DNA of 64,000 nucleotides from Vitrella brassicaformis CCMP3155. Its lineage: Eukaryota > Protista > Chromerida. Positions 36,392 through 49,150 of the stretch are shown here, piece by piece (positions within the stretch are counted from its first letter, which is position 1; each line of letters begins with the position of its first letter). Below the pieces are notes generated by a model, which searched no databases, had not been told where the DNA came from, and saw only the letters and a list, made by a program, of their open reading frames with translations. Where the stretch lies: positions 248,001-312,000 of the forward strand of contig CDMY01000376.1 of the NCBI GenBank assembly GCA_001179505.1. Reading direction: 5' to 3'. The position numbers were made by a program, and so were the translations under genes.

Positions 36392-39300
36392 ATGGGAGCT
36401 GCGGCATCGCGGTCTGCTCGTCTTCGGCTTGCTGCTGCGTTCATCTGCCTCTGCTGCTGCACGACACCGACAGATGGATGGATGGGCAGCCACGACCTCA
36501 AAGGCTGGAGGAGGAGGATCGTGACCCACAGCCACAACCACCGCCACCAGCACTCATCTGCCTTCATCCACCCACATCCACACCCCCACGCCACGCCATC
36601 ACTGCACCGGCCGCCACCACCGGCCACACGCGGCCGCGTGTTGCTGCGGATGTTGAAGCGGTCGGACTTGCCGACAGAGAACATCAAGTTTGAGATGGAC
36701 AGGACGCTCAAGGAGAAGTGGGAGGACGAGTTCTTCGAGTGGGCGCGGACCGAGGGCAGCAAACCCATCGTCGAGACCGACTACAGATACGACAAGCTCA
36801 AGGCCGAGATCATGCAGGAAGCCGAGGGGGTGCTGCCTGCGGAGAGGGCGTGGGAACCCATCGACCTCGACTCTATCGAGGCCAAGGAGCTCATCGAAAT
36901 CACAAACAAAAAGGGTGAGGAGGCGTGGGTGGGTGACCGGGGCAGCCTTGCAGACAACAGCACATGCGTGTGTGTGTGTGTGCGTGTGTGTGTGTGGCAT
37001 AGGTGCGTTTGAGGGGATGCCGGTGACCCACTGGCGCAACAGGGGCCACTTCACCAAGTTCAGGGACTTCTCGCGGGACCGTGTCGAGACCGTCACCAAG
37101 ACTAGGATGCCCTACGTCGAGCCGGAATACCCCAGAAGAAAACTCGACGAATGGGACTGCTTCAGAGGAATCGTAAGCATTCACCTACGCACACACACGG
37201 ACGGACACAGCGCGCAGAAAGGGGTTCAGTTCAATGCGCACGCTCTCCCTCTCTGTATTTGTCGATCGACACTATCAGGACTGGACGCCCCCCAAGCAGT
37301 ACGAGCGTCTGCACAAGTCGTTCTTCCCGCCCCCAGGCGACACCTACAAGACCGGCTACGACCTCAACAACACACGCACCTTCCTCCGCGTCCACTCGTG
37401 GGAGGAGGAGAAAACCATCGAGAGGGACGAGAAGCTGCAGGAGAGATACACGCAGCCCACGTACGTGTGGAGCCCGCTGTGGGAGCCCATGACCGACCGG
37501 CGGAACAGGGCGTATGGCAACTACTGGTGTGCGAGGGAGGAATATGGCGACTACAGAATGAAAATGAGTACGTCTGTGTGTTGGGAGGGAGGGAGGGAGG
37601 GAGGGAGGGAGAGCTTTGTTCAGTTCATCGTGTGCTTGTGATGGATGTGTCAGATGTTGACGAGCAGGTGCTTGTGGAGTCCAGCAATGTCACCATCGTC
37701 CCACAGACAGGCGAGTTGTGGTGTGCTGTGCTGTGGTGTCGTGTGTTGTGGGCGTGGATACAAACACTCTTTGGTTTTGATGCAATGTCAGGTTGGCACT
37801 ACCAGAAGCTGCACCTGGGCCCGTTTGTGGGCACCATGGGCTGGAGCATCGCTCCGCTACTCAAATGGGCCGCCATGATGCGCGCGTAAGCATTCGGCCA
37901 CCAGCTCACTCACTACATCGGGAGCACGACGGTATGTAACCATGTGTGCGTGTGTGTCTGTGTGCGTGTGTCACTTGCTGCTCAGCCCCGGTCACGCTGT
38001 GGTTGCTGTCCGGCCGCACAGCATGAACGAGGACAAGACGCTCAACGCCACGCAGGAGGACGTACTCGAACTATCACTCAACCTCAAAGGGGTATGTATC
38101 TGTGGAGGGAGGCATACACACCCCCTCACGCATGGATGGATCTACGCATAATCCCATCCTCGATGTGTCTCTACGTTTGGTCAGATCTGTTTCACGACTC
38201 GCGAGCCGCGGAAGGAGGGCCGTGTGGTGGTGCGGCTTGCTGCACCGGCCGACAACGCGGCCATGGTGACGGCCGGCATGATCGACTGGCCGCCCTTCGT
38301 CGAATGCACCAACCCTGAACACTACGTCGCCATGATCAAGTAGCTCTCCCCTCCCCCCTCCGCCACACATGAACAATGTGTTCATGACGCATCGCATCGA
38401 TCTCCATGTGTCAGTCCTGGTGAGACTCTGGAGATGGATTTGAAGCTCGAGTGGGGCCGTGGGGTGTGGATGGCCGACCACGAGGGCCTCTTCCGGGAGG
38501 AGCACGGCGTCGAGAACATCTGCATACGAAGGCGGGACATCGCCGAGGTCACCAACGAGGGTTTCTTCCCCATCGACGCGGTCTTCACCCCCTGCAGGCG
38601 GTTCAGATTCACCGTGCACAAGCTCGACGGAGAGATATGGGACGCCACGTACGCAACGAGACACACACACACACACAGAGAGAGAGAGGGAGGGAAAGGT
38701 CTTTGTGTCACGGCGTCAGGTCCAATCCGCCCAATATGGTGCCCCTGGGTTGGAAGGACGAGATCTGCTGCGAGATCTGGTCGGACGGCTCCTGCACGCC
38801 AAAGGACATTCTCCTCTACGCATCCAACGAAATGCAGCAGTAAGTAAACAGATAGCCATCACCACACCACACCACACAGCACACCCTTGTATCCATCATA
38901 CGTACGGCTGGGCTGTGTTTGGTTCCTTCTTGTGTGCTTAGGTGGTTCCTGGAGATGGCCCGGCAGCTGATGGAGTCAGTCGACGTCGAGGCAGAAGAAA
39001 AGGCGCTGGAAGGTCACACACACGCGCATCAACAGCCGCATCACGTATCCATCCATCTGTATGTCTGTCTGTCTGTTTGTGTGTGGTGTGGGTGTGTGTG
39101 TCATTTGTTTTGTCTGTCTGCAGAGATCAAGCCCAAGATGGATGCATGGGCGATGCTGCTCGACAAACAGGCCTTCGCCGGCGGGCCGCCCATGGTCGAC
39201 TGGGACGCACCTGTCGAGGAACTGGCACAAAACTGGAACTACTCGAGGGTGCGGACAGCATCCATCCATCCATCGACCCACCTACACCTCCATGAGCTGA

Positions 39301-40045
39301 GACACTGACCGCAGTTGCTTTCTCTCTTGTGTGTGTGTGTGTGCGTGTGTGTGTATTACTCATTATTCAGTTGATCACTGAGGAGGGTCAGCAGCCCCCG
39401 GGCGGCAAGCAGTTCTCAATCCCAAAGACGAGGAAACCGGTGAGTGAGGAGTTGATCAGTCACCACACCACAACACACCACAACACACAACCCTCCCTCC
39501 CTCCCTCCCCCACTCTGTCTGTATTGTGACTGACCATGGCTGTATCTCATGCCATGCATTCAGCGTGTGACAGAGGAGGAGGCATCAGCGTGGTTCCAGG
39601 AGGCCATGAAGGCCCGCCCATACACACAGGAAGAGATCAGCGACCTCGGGGCACCATTCGACACCACACCTGCCACTCCCACCACACCAACACCCCCTGT
39701 GACGCCTACGGTGGGGCAGCAGCTTGGTGGTGGGCTGAGCGACGCCGAGGCGGCCCGGCTGGCCTACAGGAACAACCTGGTGACAGACCTGCCCATCAAC
39801 AAGCGACTCAAGGGACTTCTGAATAAGGTGTGTAAGTCCACACACACACACGCGACGCCTTGATCCCTTGGATGCACATCTGCTGTCTGCGCATGCAGGT
39901 TGGCATCATGACAGTGGCCGACGTGCTGACGTATTCGCGTGGTGAGATGTTGGCTTTGCCGGGTATCGGCAAGAAGACCGTCGAGACGCTCGAGGCCGCC
40001 CTTAGAGACACATTCGGCGTAACACTCAAGCCCGATGATGACTGA
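36392..40045 (+). CDS. rpoA: Nucleus-encoded plastid (bacterial-type) RNA polymerase alpha subunit with bipartite presequence and long N-terminal extension
   Basis: Signal-like MGAAASRSARLRLAAAFICLCCC followed by an R/H/S-rich transit-like stretch. Alpha-NTD motifs LHLGPFVGTMGWSIAPLL, PGHAVVAVR, QEDVLELSLNLKGI, MVTAGMIDWPPFVECTNPEHYVA, LEMDLKLEWGRG, FFPIDAVFTP and EIWSDGSCTPKDIL. Alpha-CTD LVTDLPINKRLKGLLNKVGIMTVADVLTYSRGEMLALPGIGKKTVETL. Stop at 40043-40045. Confidence 0.88.
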
Positions 40046-40765
40046 GGGATGCATTGCCATCATTTGTGAGAGAGAGAGAGAGATGCTTACGAATCCATCC
40101 GGCGGCTAGCTGGCTGGCTGTACGGTGTGAATATACATACGGATGTCTGGAGGGATGCGCTCTGGGAGGTTTAAAACTCGGATAGGATGTGTGTGTGCTT
40201 TAAGGTAAGACCCAGGCTGCGCTGCGTGTCTGCCTGCATATACTTGCTTGGTGCAGGCAGGGCAGGGCAGGGCAGGGATGTGTGGTGTGGTGTGGCCGGG
40301 CTGTGTGTCGGTCTTGTCTGTGTCTGTATAGGTATGTATATCTGTTGGTTTGAATGATATGGGTGTGGTGCTTGTCTTGCTGCCTACTGACTGTGAATAC
40401 TATTCAGACGTCTCCGTTCTACTCTGGCTCCTCTGGCCGGCCGTGTCCCTTGCTTTCATTCACGTTAATTTGGAAGATAGGCAGCAGTTGTTGTGTGAGC
40501 GTGTGTGGCAAGGCCAGCAAGGTTGCCCGTGGCTTGTGGCACGGACGGACGGTATGAGAACTGTTCGGACGTGCAGTCACAAAGGCAGCCATACATTAAA
40601 TGCCACCCACGATAGCTATCATACGTCCAATTGATGACGAAACAGCAGTCCCGCAACACGTCACACGGATAAAACCTTCACACGCACCCCCACGCACCCC
40701 CAGGCACACACGTGGCATGACACCGCCACGTGGGGCTTCTTCGTTGTCTAGTCAATCAGTCGGAC

Positions 40766-41357
40766 TCACCACTTGAATTCCCCTGTCAGCGAATTGAACA
40801 GCACCTCCTCATTGCCGATCTGCACACACACGCACCGTGCAGGACATTCATACAGACAGCGATAACCCATCCATCCATCCCTCCGCTCCGTGGTGGTTGA
40901 CATTCCCACCTGCGCGATGCCGAATTTGGCTTTGACTTTCCACTTGCCGCTGGACGAACCCGCCTTGCGGCTCGGGCGGGTCACCTGCACACACCAACAC
41001 ACGATTACAGATCCGCGTGTTGTGGGCGATGGCTTCTGTGTGGGTACCTGTTCGACTTGTGCGATGATGAGGTCGTCACAAGTTGGTTCGGGGCGCTTCT
41101 GCTCCTCGTCGCTCAGCTCGGGGTCGTCCAGATCAGACACACCGCCCTCAGCCGCCAACGCATCCTCCTTGACTGAGGTGACGGGCATAGAGAAATAGAC
41201 GCAAACCACATCCATCTGTGTGGTTGATTGAGGGGGCATATGTGTGTGTCGGTCTCGTCATACCAGCAGCCTTCTTGAGCGATTTGGTGGCAGCTTTGTC
41301 GGTGGCTGGGGCAGCGGCCGATGACGAGGGTTTCGCCTCTGCTCCTACAGAGGCGAA

Positions 41358-41389
<32 letters not shown>

Positions 41390-42414
41390 AACAGAGACTT
41401 CCCCACAGCCAAAACACCGACCACGGACAGTCATACCTTGTTGTTCGTCTTCGTCGTCATCCTCAAACTCGACTCCCTCCAAGTCATCGTCCTCCTCCTC
41501 ACCGTCGCCATTGCCATTGCCATTGTCGCCCCCCTCCTTCTTGACCTGCGCCTCGTCGTCCTCCCACTCCACACCATCATCCTCCTCCTCCTCCTCCTCG
41601 TCACCCAACCCACCCTCATGCTTGTGACGCTTGGCCGCTGGCGGGTGCTCGGCCTGTAGTGGCTGCGGTGGCAACTGCTGCTGCTGTTGCTGCTGCTGTT
41701 GGTCTGTGAGGGAGGATGACGCGGCCGACGCCGACTGGCGGAGGCTGTACGGCACTTTCGAGGGCTGGGGCATGTGGCCATTGTCGGGCTCTGCATGAGT
41801 GGAACAGCACACAGTGGAGCGAGCCATCCACGTGTGTTGTTGCTGGTTGGTCACTCACTCACCTTGTTTTATCTTGAGGACTCCGGGCGGGGGGACAGCC
41901 ATACCTCCACGAGACCTGGACAGCTGAGCCACGCACAACACATGTGCTTGTACACATCACATCGTACGATCTGGTTGTCTCGCGTGGTTATGGTATGGAT
42001 GTGTGCTGTGCGTACATCGAGTGCTGGCTGTGCGGACGGCGGGGCGCCCGCTGGCGTGCCTTTGCTGACAAGATCCATCGCCGCCTCAATCCAGCGCTGA
42101 CAGAAAACACGCACGCATGTGATAATGGTTGTGATGTGCGACGGCGCGGGTCATCTGCTCACCTCCTTGAGCTGGTCGAGCACTTGGTCGCTCTCCGTCT
42201 TGGACCCTGACCGCTTCACGCGCTCCACCGTATCTGAGAGATCCCACCCGCCGGACGAAGAGAGAGGCATGCACGACGTCAAAGGCAGGCGAGGTGTGCA
42301 GCTCTTTGTCTGTCTGTGTCTGTCTGTGTCTGTGTCTGTCTGTGTCTGCCTGCCTGTCTGCCTGCCTGCCTCACCCTCGATGATTCGCATGTATACCTCC
42401 CTCGTATTGTCCAT
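40766..42414 (-). CDS. GTF2A1: Transcription initiation factor IIA large subunit (alpha/beta)
   Basis: N-terminus MDNTREVYMRIIEG...VLDQLKE...WIEAAM. Acidic low-complexity linker. C-terminus DDLIIAQVEQVTR...KWKVKAKFGIAQIGNEEVLFNSLTGEFKW* matches the TOA1 pattern CQYDKVTRSKNKWK...DYVF...TGEAEW. Confidence 0.85.
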
Positions 42415-42604
42415 CTTCAGTAAGTCAAACTGAGACAACTGAAGCGCGGAATCTTCAAGGAGGCACTTACACCTCCCCCGCCACTTACACAGGCGCACTG
42501 GCACTGGCAGGCGCGCTCGCCCCCACCCAGTCTCAACAGCCCCCACCCGCCTCTGTGATCCCCGTCATCCTTCGTCGCCGCCTGTCCGACGAGCTGCTAT
42601 CGTT

Positions 42605-45600
42605 ATGGCAGACCTTCTTGAGCCGGTTGTGGAGGAGCGGGCCGAGGACATGGACGCCGCCGATGAGGAGGAGGAAGAGGATGAGTTCCCCTTCCTCAAG
42701 GCCGACCACCCCGCACTCGAGCGGGTCCAGGCTGCCCTGCACAAGCACCTCTCCGGGCAGCATGACCGCGTCACCCTCTCTGTCCGCGAGAAGTCGGAGG
42801 AGCTCAAGAAGCTGGCGCTGCGGCGTCAGGAGCTGGGCACCACCCTGTACGCAGTGCAGCAGCAGCTGGCCAAGCTGCAGGTGGAGCTGGAGCAGCGACA
42901 CGACGTGCTTGCGGCCGCCAGCCAGGGCAGAGAGGCGTCCGAGGCACACCTGCAGGGCTTCAACGGCAAGTATGAGTCCAAGAAGGGCGAGGTCACGACG
43001 CAGATCAAGCGGCTGCAGAAAGCGCAGGAGGAGGTCAACCAGCTCAACATGACGCTGCAGCAGGTGGAGAACTTCAATGAGCAGATGAAGGCCGAAATAC
43101 AGGTAGGTACCTAACGCACATTGAGAGACCTAAGCCTGCCAAGGGGAGAGAGAGAGGCAAGAGGCCCCGTGGCCTGTATGTGTGTATGCAGGTGACGCGG
43201 CGAGCGACATACAAGGCTGAGGACGCTATCCAGAAGATAGAGAAGGACAAGATGAAGCAGGACTTCCTCATCGATAAGATGAATGAGCAAATCAGATCAC
43301 TCGCAGAGATGAAGGGCCTCCACGAGGCGCAGCTCGCCGCGCAGAAACGGGAGACAGAGGCGGCCCTCGCCACCCTCAACGAGGCCGCCCGCGAGATGGA
43401 GAGCATCGAGTTCGAGAAGCAGCAGCTGTTCCAGCAGTGGAACAGCAGCCTTGTGGGCATGCAACGCCGCGACGACGCGCTGCAGAACATCCAGAAGGCC
43501 CTGCAGGAGCTGGAGGAGACCGAGTTTGCGATTGAGAGCGACATCCGCGGTGTGCACGCGGCCACGAGGGGCGAGCAGGACCGCAACGAGCAGCTGACGG
43601 CACTGCTGCAGCGCAACCAGAACGAAATGAACCACCTCACCACACAGATGCAGACCATCAAACAGGACCGGTGGGTGGGTGGGTGCGTCAATCAGCCTGC
43701 TCGACACGTGTGTGCACTGTGGATGGATGGATGGATGGATGTGTGCTGTGCAGGGAGCGTCTGGCGGAGCAGTACTCGATGCTGAAGAAGTCCTTGATGC
43801 ACACACAGAAGGAGGCGGCCAAGATCGACTCAGCCCTCTCCACCATCGAGCAACAGGGCCAGGTAAGCAATGGAATGGAGAAGAGGCACGTCTGTCACTG
43901 TCGATCAGACACATGCATGTCTCTCCTCCTCTGCATCTATGTGTTAGTTGGTTGACGCGAGCATCCAGAAGGTGGCCAACGAGGCCACCCGGCTGACCGA
44001 GAAGATCTTCGACATCGTCTCAGAGCAAACAACACTCGACCGATCCGCTTCAAACACAGCCAAGGTCAGTCAGCCAACCACTTCAGCACCCCCTTGGCCA
44101 ACACACACACACCTGTGTTTTCCTTGCAGTTAGCGAAAAAGATTCACGAGCAGATCGGCCGCAAGGAGGATGAGTTAGCGGCGCTAAGCAACGAGATTGC
44201 GCGCGTCAAGGTCGACGCCCTCAACACTCGAGCGCACAATCAGCTGCTGAAGGACCGGCTGAAGCAGCTAACGGACGACCTTGCTGACCGCGAGAAGCTC
44301 ATCGACCAGTATGAGATGGAGATTCGCAAGAGACACCACCACATTGAGAAGAAACAGCTGTTCGTCGACCGTCTCAACAAGTGATCACACACACACACAC
44401 ACACAAAGAGAGAGAGAGAGAGAGAGAGAAGTGTGGGTGGGTGTGCGCGTGTGTGCCTGGCTGAAGGGAGTATGACGAGAAGCGTTCTCGACAGGAGGAC
44501 GAGAGCACGGGTCCGTTGGAGGCCAAGATCAAGAATCTCCGCAAGCAGATCGCCGACAAGAGCAAAGAGTGCGGCGAAATGCAGAAGGAGTGGATGAAGA
44601 AACAAACCGAACTGATCAGCCTGCAAAGCGACGCATCTTCACTTGCGAAAAAGGTAACTAGCTGACTTGAGTGGCGTTTCTGTCCATCGATGAATGCATG
44701 GCATGTGTGCGCGTGTGGGTGTGATGCAGGTGTCTTCCCAGAAGGACGAGACGGCCATTCTGCGACAGCAGAAGGTTCGTCAGGAGGGCACTTTGGAGCA
44801 CACTAAGAAGGAGGTGCGGGGGCTGCAAGGCGCTGAGAAAAACCTCCGCCTCGAGCTGGAGAAGCTCAACGCCCGGGGCAGCAAACACACCACGCAGGGG
44901 GCGACCCTGACCTCACAGACGGGGCTACTCGAGAAGGAGTTTATGCGCAAACTCAAGGACAAGGAGCTGGAATGCACCGCCATCGAGAAGACCATAGAGG
45001 TGTGTCTGTAGATGTGTACATATGTGGAGTGGTGGACGGACGGATGGGTGTGGGTCGTCGGTGCGTCGATCAGCGTTCGAAGGAGGACAGGGAAAACCTG
45101 CAGCAAGAGCTGGTCGAGGCCGAGAAACAGGTACGCGCCAACATGGTATTGTGGTGGTTCTGCATGTGCACACAATGTCTGTGTCTCTTTCTGTGACGTT
45201 CCATTTTCCAGTTGATGTTATGGGAGCGCAAGATAGTGTTGGAGAAGGAGATGCAGGAGGCCCTCGACCCCAATGTGGGTCAGGCCGAGGTGGCCTCCAT
45301 GAAGAAGGAAATACACCGGTGGGAGACACACATAAGATACACACACAGTGCACAGATGCGTTTGATGCGTTTGTGTATGCAGGATGGAGTTGCGGTTGGA
45401 TCAGCTGAAGAGGAGACAGGAGCAGCTCATATCCGACATGGAACGGGTAAGCGGCCGGCTGAGCCCATTCATTCGACCGTTCATGCCTTCACTGCACATT
45501 CAGGTGATCCACAAGCGGGATGTGATTCAGCTCAAGTACGAGCCCGTGCAGCGGCCGGGTGTGCTCAAGGCCGACCCCCACATGAAGGCCACATTGAGGA

Positions 45601-46715
45601 GACAGCTTAACTCACTCAGGACGAACCTCAAACTTGCCACAAGTATGTTTGTGTTGACAAAGCCTGTTGGTCCGTTGTTTGAATGAATACATGTGTCCAG
45701 GTGCCATTCAGGAGACGGAGAACAAGTGTGGCGACCGCACAGTGCGGCTCGAGGAGGTGTGCATGCGTGCAACCACATGATGAGGTGCATGTTGTCTGTC
45801 TATGCGCCCGTTTATCAGCTTCAACAAGAGGTGGACATCGCCCAGTCGGAGACAACACAGTTCGAAAACTCAGCCAACAACCTCAACCTCACTGTGCTGC
45901 TCCAGAGGGGTACACAAGCGAATGAATACATCCGACACACGAGTGTCTCTCTCCCTCTCTCTTTCTCTCTCTGCTGCTGCTGTGCATCCACTGCAGCTCG
46001 TCGTCAGCGCAACTTGAGTGAGGTGCTCAAGTTCCAGCGAATGGCCAAGAGATTCGAGGAGGCCACAACAGGCACAGCGCCACCCAAAGCTGTACAGACA
46101 ATCCCTCGCAACATTTCCGTGTCTGCCTCCAATATGCGGTGTGTGTGTGCACCTTTGCAGGCCTCCTCGATTCGTGATGGCCTGGCCCGTGAGCAGCAGA
46201 CGGCCGTGGCAGTGCAGAGCGTCCTCCATCAGCTCTACGAGGTATAACATACAGGCCAATTTATTAATCCACGCAGACGGCGACCGACATTTATGGATTA
46301 TCCATATCTCATTCAGAGTGCGCCTCACCTGGAGCCCCTGACCACCTTCTTCCTCGAATGGGCCACGCAAAACGTCGATGCAACAGCACCTACCACCGCC
46401 GCCCAGCCACCCGAGCAGCCCTCTGAGGAGGCGCCGGTGCAAGATGAGCAAACAGAGGAGTCTCCCGAGGGTCCCGCCGGTGAGCCTGAAGCCGCAGAGG
46501 CAGAGATAGCTGAGCCGGCGGTGCCCGAGCCCGCACGCGCAGATGAGCAAGAAGAGGGAGGCCCGGAGGAAGGTGAGGGACGCGATGAGGCACCAGCAGC
46601 TGGAGAGGATGTGCCGGATGTGCACAGCGGAGATGAAGGGGTAGAGAGAGAGGGAGGAGAGCCTGACGCCGCGGAAGGCGAACAGGCAGAGACAGAGGGG
46701 CAGCATGGAGAGTGA
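42605..46715 (+). CDS. CCDC40: Coiled-coil domain-containing protein 40 (FAP172; 96-nm axonemal ruler)
   Basis: LKADHPALERVQAAL, LGTTLYAVQQQLAKLQ, VTRRATYKAE...KMKQDFLID, QQWNSSLVGMQRRDDAL, LSNEIARVKVD, GPLEAKIKNL, MLWERKIVLEKEMQEALDPNVGQAEVASMKKEIHRM. Ends in an acidic Glu/Ala/Pro tail with stop at 46713-46715. Confidence 0.93.
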
Positions 46716-46881
46716 GTGAGAATGAAGTGTTGAGGCGTTTCTGGTGTGACGGTTGTTGTCTATTTGTCGGGCCCGGTGGCAATGGCATGAGGAGACATTG
46801 ATCCATATTGGTTGCTCAATCCCATGCATAAATGCGACGGATGTGTACTGCCAGGCTGGTAGGCATCCACGCACACGACCA

Positions 46882-47615
46882 AGTGCACACGGCGTGGCTC
46901 TCTCCATCGTCTGCCGGCGCGACCAGCTTCCTCGCGACGAGTGAGTCATCGGCGCAGCCCAACTCGATGAAATGCGCATGCTCCTTTACGAGAGAGGAGG
47001 AGGGAGGTGAGCTTGAACAGGAAAAGAGACACGCACCTGTGTGCATGGTCGGGTGCTGTGTCTCCCGTGTCACTGTGTGTCAGGTCCGGTGGTTCCTGAG
47101 GCTGGTTCACCTGAGGGCCAACACGAGATCGCATACACACCGAAGGAAGGTCAGCACTTACACACGCAGACATACAGGAGACACACGTAACAGACATGTC
47201 TCGTCTTGTGCCGGTTTGGCTCAGCGGCTGTGGCTGCGTCTCTGCCCCGTTTCATGACGCAGCCTGATCTTGTCTCGGAGGCCGTGAACTCGGGAGCGAA
47301 TGTGGGTAATGTCGTCAACACTGTGGGCCAAGTGGCGGCGTGGCCGTTCAATGCTCAGCAACAGGTATGCTACAGCCAACCTTACTTCTCCGCCAATGAA
47401 CACGGCATTCACACACATGCACACTTATGTGTCTGGGCAGGTGTTCGTGCCGCCGCCTTACGCTCAGCCGCCCTACGCTCAGCCGCCCTTCATCCAAACA
47501 CAGGTGACGAACAACTTGTCTATGAATATCGACTGAGGAGACATCCATGCGTGTGTGTGTGTGTGGCCAGACGTCGTTTCTGGCGAAGAAGGTTCAAGGC
47601 GAGGAGGGCAAGTGA
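46882..47615 (+). pseudogene. 5'-truncated inverted copy of the secreted-protein gene at 47938-48926
   Basis: Reverse-complement match, including introns, to 48270-48777 and 47938-47969. It lacks the ATG/signal-peptide region; a TAA immediately precedes the in-frame ATG at 46832. Stop TGA at 47613-47615. Confidence 0.7.
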
Positions 47616-47937
47616 TTGAAGCTGATCCACCAAGACGCCACACGCACGCACACAGACTGACCAACAGACACGAACGCAAAGAGACCCTCCATGGCCGAGT
47701 GAGTGAGTGAACGCTGTGATGACCCAAAGAACGATGTGATAATGATGAGACTCGCGTAACCCGGAGCAATGTCTTCTCATGTCGACAAATCGACAACAAT
47801 CGTTGGCCAGCCCAAAACACCTCAACATGGGTGTGGTTTGTCAGGCTGTCTGTCTGTCAGTCTGTGTGTTAGTCTGTCAGTCAGTCAGTGAGTCAGTCTG
47901 TGTGTATGCGTGTGACGTCTTGGTGGATCAGCTTCAA

Positions 47938-48926
47938 TCACTTGCCCTCCTCGCCTTGAACCTTCTTCGNNNNNNNNNNNNNNNNNNNNNNNNNNNNNNN
48001 NNNNNNNNNNNNNNNNNNNNNNNNNNNNNNNNNNNNNNNNNNNNNNNNNNNNNNNNNNNNNNNNNNNNNNNNNNNNNNNNNNNNNNNNNNNNNNNNNNNN
48101 NNNNNNNNNNNNNNNNNNNNNNNNNNNNNNNNNNNNNNNNNNNNNNNNNNNNNNNNNNNNNNNNNNNNNNNNNNNNNNNNNNNNNNNNNNNNNNNNNNNN
48201 NNNNNNNNNNNNNNNNNNNNNNNNNNNNNNNNNNNNNNNNNNNNNNNNNNNNNNNNNNNNNNNNNNNNNAGAAGTAAGGTTGGCTGTAGCATACCTGTTG
48301 CTGAGCATTGAACGGCCACGCCGCCACTTGGCCCACAGTGTTGACGACATTACCCACATTCGCTCCCGAGTTCACGGCCTCCGAGACAAGATCAGGCTGC
48401 GTCATGAAACGGGGCAGAGACGCAGCCACAGCCGCTGAGCCAAACCGGCACAAGACGAGACATGTCTGTTACGTGTGTCTCCTGTATGTCTGCGTGTGTA
48501 AGTGCTGACCTTCCTTCGGTGTGTATGCGATCTCGTGTTGGCCCTCAGGTGAACCAGCCTCAGGAACCACCGGACCTGACACACAGTGACACGGGAGACA
48601 CAGCACCCGACCATGCACACAGGTGCGTGTCTCTTTTCCTGTTCAAGCTCACCTCCCTCCTCCTCTCTCGTAAAGGAGCATGCGCATTTCATCGAGTTGG
48701 GCTGCGCCGATGACTCACTCGTCGCGAGGAAGCTGGTCGCGCCGGCAGACGATGGAGAGAGCCACGCCGTGTGCACTCGATCATGGACGGTGATGTGCTC
48801 AGGCTTCTTGGCCAGCGTCCCATCGGCCGTGTAGTGCAGCATCGGGTGGAAGGCCTCGCGTGCCGTGGCCGAGGCAGACCACGAACCGACGCAGAGGGCT
48901 ACGAGCAGTGTCAGAGCCACGCGCAT
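47938..48926 (-). CDS. Small secreted protein of unknown function (roughly 200 aa)
   Basis: Signal peptide MRVALTLLVALCVGSWSASA (ATG 48926). Exons ...AGATSFLATSESSAQPNSMKCACSF..., ...QVAAWPFNAQQQ, then (gap, filled from the left copy) VFVPPPYAQPPYAQPPFIQTQ, and TSFLAKKVQGEEGK*. Confidence 0.7.
47970..48269. other. Assembly gap (300 N)
   Basis: Run of N inside the right arm of the inverted repeat. Confidence 0.99.
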
Positions 48927-49150
48927 TATGTTGATCAGATTGGTTCGTCCGTGAATCAGTGAGTCACTCACTAAGATGAATCAAGCAAAGAGCTCGACAG
49001 ACAGCTGATTTGTCGATCAACGAAGAGTGCGTGTATCGTATCTACACATACATGCGGCTATACACATACATACATTAACACACACGACCCGCTTGCGATC
49101 TCCAGTCACGCACGGCTCTGCAGCAGCATGTGCAGAGATTGCGAGCACCA

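Larger units (their letters stand above)
46882..48777. repeat. Long inverted repeat: arms 46882-47661 and 47892-48777, spacer of about 230 nt
   Basis: Arms appear identical by eye over the sequenced coding and intron parts. Three mismatches follow the stop codon (AGACGCCACACGCACGCACAC vs AGACGTCACACGCATACACAC). The N-gap in the right arm corresponds to 194 nt of the left arm (47390-47583). Confidence 0.9.

Noticed and set aside
40708-40735. CACGTGGC...GCCACGTG small inverted repeat (G-box-like)
   Set aside because: It is short, lies between two convergent 3' ends, and is expected by chance in CA/GT-rich DNA.
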